Assembly: GCA_017467165.1 (NCBI GenBank)
Contig: JAFTST010000033.1
Span: 1-59,946, forward strand
DNA from: Clostridia bacterium
Lineage (GTDB): Bacteria; Bacillota; Clostridia; Oscillospirales; CAG-272
Direction: 5' to 3'
DNA: 59,946 nt
Below are positions 55,459-59,946 of this stretch, piece after piece. The notes under the pieces are model-generated. The model searched no databases, was not told the DNA's origin, and saw only the letters and a list, made by a program, of their open reading frames with translations. A program made the translations under genes and the position numbers. Each line of letters opens with the position of its first letter. Position 1 is the stretch's first letter.

Positions 55459-56400
55459 ATGAAAAAAATCTTATCGGTACTACTTAGTTTGATTATGCTT
55501 TTTTCTATTGTTGCTTGTGATAATGGGGGGACTGGTATTGAAAATGATGAAAAATCACATAATTTTTATGTGGGCGAAACAATGAGTTATGATGATATTG
55601 ATGTTACCGTAGACTCTATATCAGAAACCCGATATTCAATTTCCTCCACCAATGAAAATGGGTACACAATTAAAGTAACATTTACATTAAAGAACAATAA
55701 GACTGAAGAATTTTCGGTAGACGATGATTGTTTTTATATTAGAACTGAAGATAAAAATGAAAAATATACAACAGAGCAATTTCTGTTTTATAGAAGTATA
55801 ATAGCGGGCGGGCAAGAAACTTTTTGGTTAGAGTTTAAAGTTCCTTATTCTATGGCTGAAAAAAACTATATAATGTATTTTGACTGGGGAATTTTGCATT
55901 CTAAACAGAAATATTTTTTATACAATAGAGACGGTTCAAGTGCTATAACAAACGCAAATGGTACAGATAAAGATACTGAATCAGACAAAAACGATCCGGA
56001 TTATAGTTCTCTTTTTGCTGGCACTTGTCCTATCAAAATCAATGCTACATACTATACATCAGACCAAACATTATCTATACGACAAACTAACCAAGGTGGA
56101 AAAACAATTGTTGCCATCAAATATTTAATAGTCGTTTATGATGCGTATGGCGAAATATTGCAAAAGTATGGTTATGGGGCGTCTGCTCTGACTGCAACAT
56201 ACGATAAGTTTAATATAAACTCTGGTGTGAGTTATACAGGAGATTGGAAATTGAACGGCTTTAGCGACGGCAAATCTTTGGATATTTATATATATAGTGT
56301 TTATTATTCGGACAATACTGAATGGGGTAATCACGATTTAAATGTTACCGATATAAAAAAATATGCACCCAAAACCCACGTAACAGGCAGATATGCTTAA
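55459..56400 (+). CDS. Lipoprotein with DUF4352-like Ig-fold domain(s)
   Basis: MKKILSVLL...IVAC lipobox; VGET....I.VTV...KVTFTLKN...F.V; GGAGG SD. Confidence 0.7.
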   Translation: MKKILSVLLSLIMLFSIVACDNGGTGIENDEKSHNFYVGETMSYDDIDVTVDSISETRYSISSTNENGYTIKVTFTLKNNKTEEFSVDDDCFYIRTEDKNEKYTTEQFLFYRSIIAGGQETFWLEFKVPYSMAEKNYIMYFDWGILHSKQKYFLYNRDGSSAITNANGTDKDTESDKNDPDYSSLFAGTCPIKINATYYTSDQTLSIRQTNQGGKTIVAIKYLIVVYDAYGEILQKYGYGASALTATYDKFNINSGVSYTGDWKLNGFSDGKSLDIYIYSVYYSDNTEWGNHDLNVTDIKKYAPKTHVTGRYA

Positions 56401-56465
56401 CGCAATATTGATTTGTTCTTTTACTTTTGTTATAATAGTTAATAATACGTTGTAGGTGAAAGCAA

Positions 56466-57386
56466 ATGATAAAAATCGAGGCAAAATTAAAACTCAAAAA
56501 ACACATATGGAATAATTATGCCAATGGGAGCTTTGATTATTCTTCTTGTCACATCTGTTTTTCTTTTGAGGAAAAGAATAAAGAGCTAGAAATGTTTATT
56601 AGCATTTTAACAAAAGAGTCTAGTGAAGAAATTTCTCCCGTTCTTATCGAAATTTTTGACTTTCTATATTTGGCGTGCGGAACAATGCCCTATATTGTTT
56701 ATTACAAAGAAAATGATGTAGAAAAAGATTTGTCACGTTTTTCGTGCCGCTTTTTCCCATCAAAACAATTTTTCCATAATGAACATTTGATAGATATAAA
56801 CAATTCAACATTAAATGAAACGACACTCGAAAGCATAAAAAATACTATTAGGAATAAACCCTTTGAGATATTTTGGGCATTTACTGCACTAACATCACAA
56901 GCCTATGAAAAGATATATGCCGAACATAAAATAACCTTGTTGCTACAATGCTTTGAAGGGTATATTTTTAACAAAGAAACTAAGTATCAATTGCGTACAG
57001 TATCGTTTAAGGAAAGAATTACGGAAATTATTAATGTGTTGTTTGAATATGAGGAAAAATATAATACCGAAATATTAAAAACTTTAACTATCACTAAAGA
57101 CGATTATTTAAAAGTACTTACTGATACAAGGCATCAATTTTCACATTACATAAGTAAAAACAATTCGTTGAGCGAGGGCAAAGATTATATAATCAATTTT
57201 GTTTTATTGCATTACATATTCCGTATTTACCTATTGAGAGAGGTCAATGTTATTCCAAAAGAAAAAAATATAGAAGAATTCTTAAAATCGGTATATGATT
57301 GGATAAACTCTTTAAAAGATAACAACTTCAAAGAATATAAGTCAGTTGCTTATAGTATGAATTTAATATTTCAACATTTTAACTAA
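56466..57386 (+). CDS. HEPN-domain protein (ApeA-like), putative anti-phage RNase
   Basis: LLQCFEGY...SFKERI...DTRHQFSHY (E...Rx4H HEPN signature). Confidence 0.65.
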   Translation: MIKIEAKLKLKKHIWNNYANGSFDYSSCHICFSFEEKNKELEMFISILTKESSEEISPVLIEIFDFLYLACGTMPYIVYYKENDVEKDLSRFSCRFFPSKQFFHNEHLIDINNSTLNETTLESIKNTIRNKPFEIFWAFTALTSQAYEKIYAEHKITLLLQCFEGYIFNKETKYQLRTVSFKERITEIINVLFEYEEKYNTEILKTLTITKDDYLKVLTDTRHQFSHYISKNNSLSEGKDYIINFVLLHYIFRIYLLREVNVIPKEKNIEEFLKSVYDWINSLKDNNFKEYKSVAYSMNLIFQHFN

Positions 57387-57744
57387 TTAGTGCTATTATG
57401 TGGGCGTTACAAACATTAAGAGTGAAATTTTGTGTCTGCGCTGTTTTTCGGCAATAAAAAGAACATAAAACTGGTTCGATTTAGCTTGTGAATGGCTCAC
57501 CAAAGAAAACAGGACACCATTCGGTGTCCTGTTTTCTTTACTTTGGGTGACCCGTGGTCGAACGAACTCACTGCCACAAGCCAACGGCGAAGTGGCACGG
57601 AGTTCGCATACCCCACCCGAAGATCGAAGAGCTCGCTCTTCAGGCACATGGTGATGGTCGTCATTCTTTTCGCTACTCTTATTGAGGACGGCGCGAAAAG
57701 AGTATACAGGCTTATCAAGAGAAGCGCCTGACAAAAATCAAATT

Positions 57745-57786
57745 AAAAAACCTCTTGCGCGGCAGTAGCTCAGCAAGAGGCTTTTT
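57745..57786. terminator. Bidirectional terminator-like hairpin
   Basis: aaaaaa-cctcttgc...gcaagagg-cttttt. Confidence 0.55.
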
Positions 57787-57867
57787 GTATAGTATAGGTT
57801 ACATTAAGACGCGGTTTTCTTCACACGGGGCGCCGGATAACACAATCCGCCATCGCTTCCCCAATAT

Positions 57868-58509
57868 TTAATACCTCACTGTATCTATGACGCTCGAGCA
57901 GCCGCCTTCTATGGACTTATACTTTAATATCTTACCGTCGGCAAGGCAATGCACCTCACATTCAAAGTCGGTATCCGCCTCGTTGCCGAAGACGTAGTAG
58001 GTGGTTGTTCTTCTTGTTTCGCTATAGTCAAAGTGGGATGAGGTTGGATGGTGGTAATCACCGTTTGAAAAGGTTTCTACTGCTTCGTATGTTGTCATAG
58101 CATCGAAATCCACGGAGCTGCCGCTGAATATAATCTGAAAGCTCCTTCCCACTCCCGAGAAAAGAAGCGCGCCGAGGTTAGTGCTATTATATTCCTTGCT
58201 CATATTCGCATTTGAGAGAGTCAGACGCTCAAAGGACTTGCAGCCTCTAAATGCCTCTGTGCCTATCGCTAAAAGATTATTTCCGGTATACACCTCTCTG
58301 AGAGCCACGCAATTTTCAAAGGCGCGGTTAAAGATAAATTTGCAGGATTGCGGAAGTATAATCCTTTCTACCGAAGCGCAACCCGAGAATGCAGCAGTGT
58401 TGATGGCATAGACGCCCTCAGGCACCTCGACAACAGGCTCCGTTCCCGTATATTTATCAAGGGATTTCTTTCCCTGGTGTACCTCACCGAAAATAAAGCG
58501 GTTTTCCAT
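57868..58509 (-). CDS. BspA-type leucine-rich repeat (LRR_5) protein
   Basis: KYTG...VEVPEGVYAINTAAFSGC.S...IILP...AFENC...IGTEAFRGC; AAGGAG SD. Confidence 0.8.
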   Translation of the reverse strand: MENRFIFGEVHQGKKSLDKYTGTEPVVEVPEGVYAINTAAFSGCASVERIILPQSCKFIFNRAFENCVALREVYTGNNLLAIGTEAFRGCKSFERLTLSNANMSKEYNSTNLGALLFSGVGRSFQIIFSGSSVDFDAMTTYEAVETFSNGDYHHPTSSHFDYSETRRTTTYYVFGNEADTDFECEVHCLADGKILKYKSIEGGCSSVIDTVRY

Positions 58510-58680
58510 AATTATCTCCTTGGAAATTATCTGTACTTAATTATACCAAACTCTTATCAGCAAGTCAACAAGCTGAATCGAAAATGGATCTCTTTCAGGA
58601 AAAAGGACTTTTTTCGCCATCCATCATATAATGATATAGGCGCAGATATAAGCTGCGCTCCAAAATACAGGAGGTTTAAA

Positions 58681-59535
58681 ATGGCAACCTTTTATAACCA
58701 GGCAACGCTCTCGTACGGCGGAAATACGGTAATTTCCAACACCACCGAGGCGGAGCTTCTTTCAGGACTTGAAATAGCAAAAAGAGCGATAGGCGCGACC
58801 TATACCCCCGGCGGAAATATCATCTATGCCGTAACGGTCAGCAATATGGGCAGCACCGCGTACAACGCGCTTACTGTAACGGACAATCTTGGTGCGTACG
58901 CGCTACCCGGCGGCGCGGTCGTCCAGCCCTTAACCTACGTCCAGGACTCTATTCTCTACTATCTTAACGGCGTGTTACAGCCCGCGCCCACGGTTACTGC
59001 GACACAGGGTCTCTTAATCGAGGACGTCAGCCTGCCTGCCAACAGCACGGCTACCTTCATCTACGAGGCTGTCGCCAACGAATTTGCTCCCGTCGGACAG
59101 GGCGCAACAATAACCAACACCGCGGCAACCAACGGCGGAGCAGGTGTTGGAGAAATTACCGCGTCCGCTACCGTTTCGGTTGAGGAGGCGCCCCAGCTGA
59201 CAATAGCAAAGGCGGTTTGTCCCGCAGTGCTGACTGACAACGATCTGCTCACCTATACACTCATCGTCCAGAATCTCGGCAACACTCCGATTGTGGCAAC
59301 CGACGGGGTTATTATCCGCGACGTCTTTAACCCTATACTCTCGGATATCACAGTCACCCTCGACGGCACTGCTCTCGAGGAGGGCACGGGATACACCTAT
59401 AACGAGGCTACGGGCGAATTTGCAACCACCGACGGCGCAATAACCGTCCCTGCCGCGACCTACACCCAGAGCCCCGCGGGAAGCATAACCACAACCCCCG
59501 GCGTTACCGTACTCACCGTCACAGGACGAGTATAA
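58681..59535 (+). CDS. DUF11-like repeat (Ig-fold) protein
   Basis: AGGAGG SD; two repeats of L.I.K......PG..I.Y...V.N.G......V.D. Confidence 0.75.
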   Translation: MATFYNQATLSYGGNTVISNTTEAELLSGLEIAKRAIGATYTPGGNIIYAVTVSNMGSTAYNALTVTDNLGAYALPGGAVVQPLTYVQDSILYYLNGVLQPAPTVTATQGLLIEDVSLPANSTATFIYEAVANEFAPVGQGATITNTAATNGGAGVGEITASATVSVEEAPQLTIAKAVCPAVLTDNDLLTYTLIVQNLGNTPIVATDGVIIRDVFNPILSDITVTLDGTALEEGTGYTYNEATGEFATTDGAITVPAATYTQSPAGSITTTPGVTVLTVTGRV

Positions 59536-59563
59536 TCCCTTATCCCAGACATCCGAGTATACA

Positions 59564-59589
59564 AAAAGAGGCACAGCTGTGCCTCTTTT
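59564..59589 (+). terminator. Intrinsic terminator
   Basis: aaaagaggcacag/ctgtgcctctttt perfect inverted repeat with T-rich tail. Confidence 0.75.
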
Positions 59590-59786
59590 CTTTTCAGATT
59601 TATCAACCTACATAATATATGAGAAAGAGCGTGAAAAGCGCAGAAAGACACCTTGGGGCACGAAAAAACAAAACAGGGGACAAAAATATAATAAAATAAA
59701 TATTATACTTGTATTTTATAAGATAGTATGGTACAATTATGTTGAGATTCAGTACACTGAATAAAGTCACTTTCGGGAGAAAACTA

Positions 59787-59946
59787 TGGATTTCACTTTT
59801 CTTAACCCTATCGTCAGATCAGCGGCGATCTGGGAGCGCCAATCAAAGAATGAAGAACGAGTCGGCTACGACTCAAGAATAATATACGTTATCTCGGGTG
59901 ATATAACCGCCACCGTCGGCGGTAAGAAGCTCGGGCATCTGTCCCC
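59787..59946 (+). CDS. 3'-truncated CDS, probable AraC-family regulator (cupin N-terminus)
   Basis: GGGAG SD; MDFTFLNPIVRSA...YDSRIIYVISG; runs off the window end. Confidence 0.55.

Larger units (their letters stand above)
54870..57556. mobile_element. AT-rich genomic islet at the tRNA-Glu 3' end, bounded by ~60 bp direct repeats
   Basis: tcaccaaagaaaacaggacaccattcggtgtcctgtttt...ctttgggtgacccgtg at 54870-54930 and 57497-57556; interior is visibly AT-rich; no integrase. Confidence 0.7.

Noticed and set aside
58348-58680. N-terminal extension of ORF 58348-59535
   Set aside because: It overlaps the divergent LRR gene; the strong AGGAGG SD supports the start at 58681

Overview
This window looks like chromosomal DNA from a Clostridia-type Firmicute: about 50% GC, sigmaA-type promoters with extended -10 elements, strong GGAGG Shine-Dalgarno (SD) sites and a yggS-sepF-yggT-lspA-rluD cluster. 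Most of it is housekeeping or metabolic: a PRTase, M13 and M6 peptidases, an ABC/TetR unit, nadE, a GPH transporter-GH2-uxuA hexuronide unit, pcrA, ygiQ, hisS, mrnC, a GT8-acyltransferase unit, a two-component system and tRNA-Glu(CTC). Two AT-rich accessory blocks stand out. (1) 49.3-53.3 kb is a tandem array of six modules. Each has a near-consensus promoter driving a different 65-90 nt structured non-coding RNA that ends at the stop codon of a convergent, small, very basic ORF. By eye these ORFs carry PemK/MazF/ToxN-like motifs. Five modules start with the same ~38 bp hairpin repeat. All six RNA genes look intact, whereas most of the ORFs are 5'-truncated or use an ATC start. This is the best candidate for an undescribed system, possibly RNA-antitoxin toxin-antitoxin (TA) cassettes accumulated as an antitoxin archive. 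(2) 54.9-57.6 kb is an islet at the 3' end of tRNA-Glu, bounded by ~60 bp direct repeats. It carries a long structured leader, a lipoprotein and a HEPN (ApeA-like) gene. All family calls come from motif recognition by eye; no database search or folding software was run.
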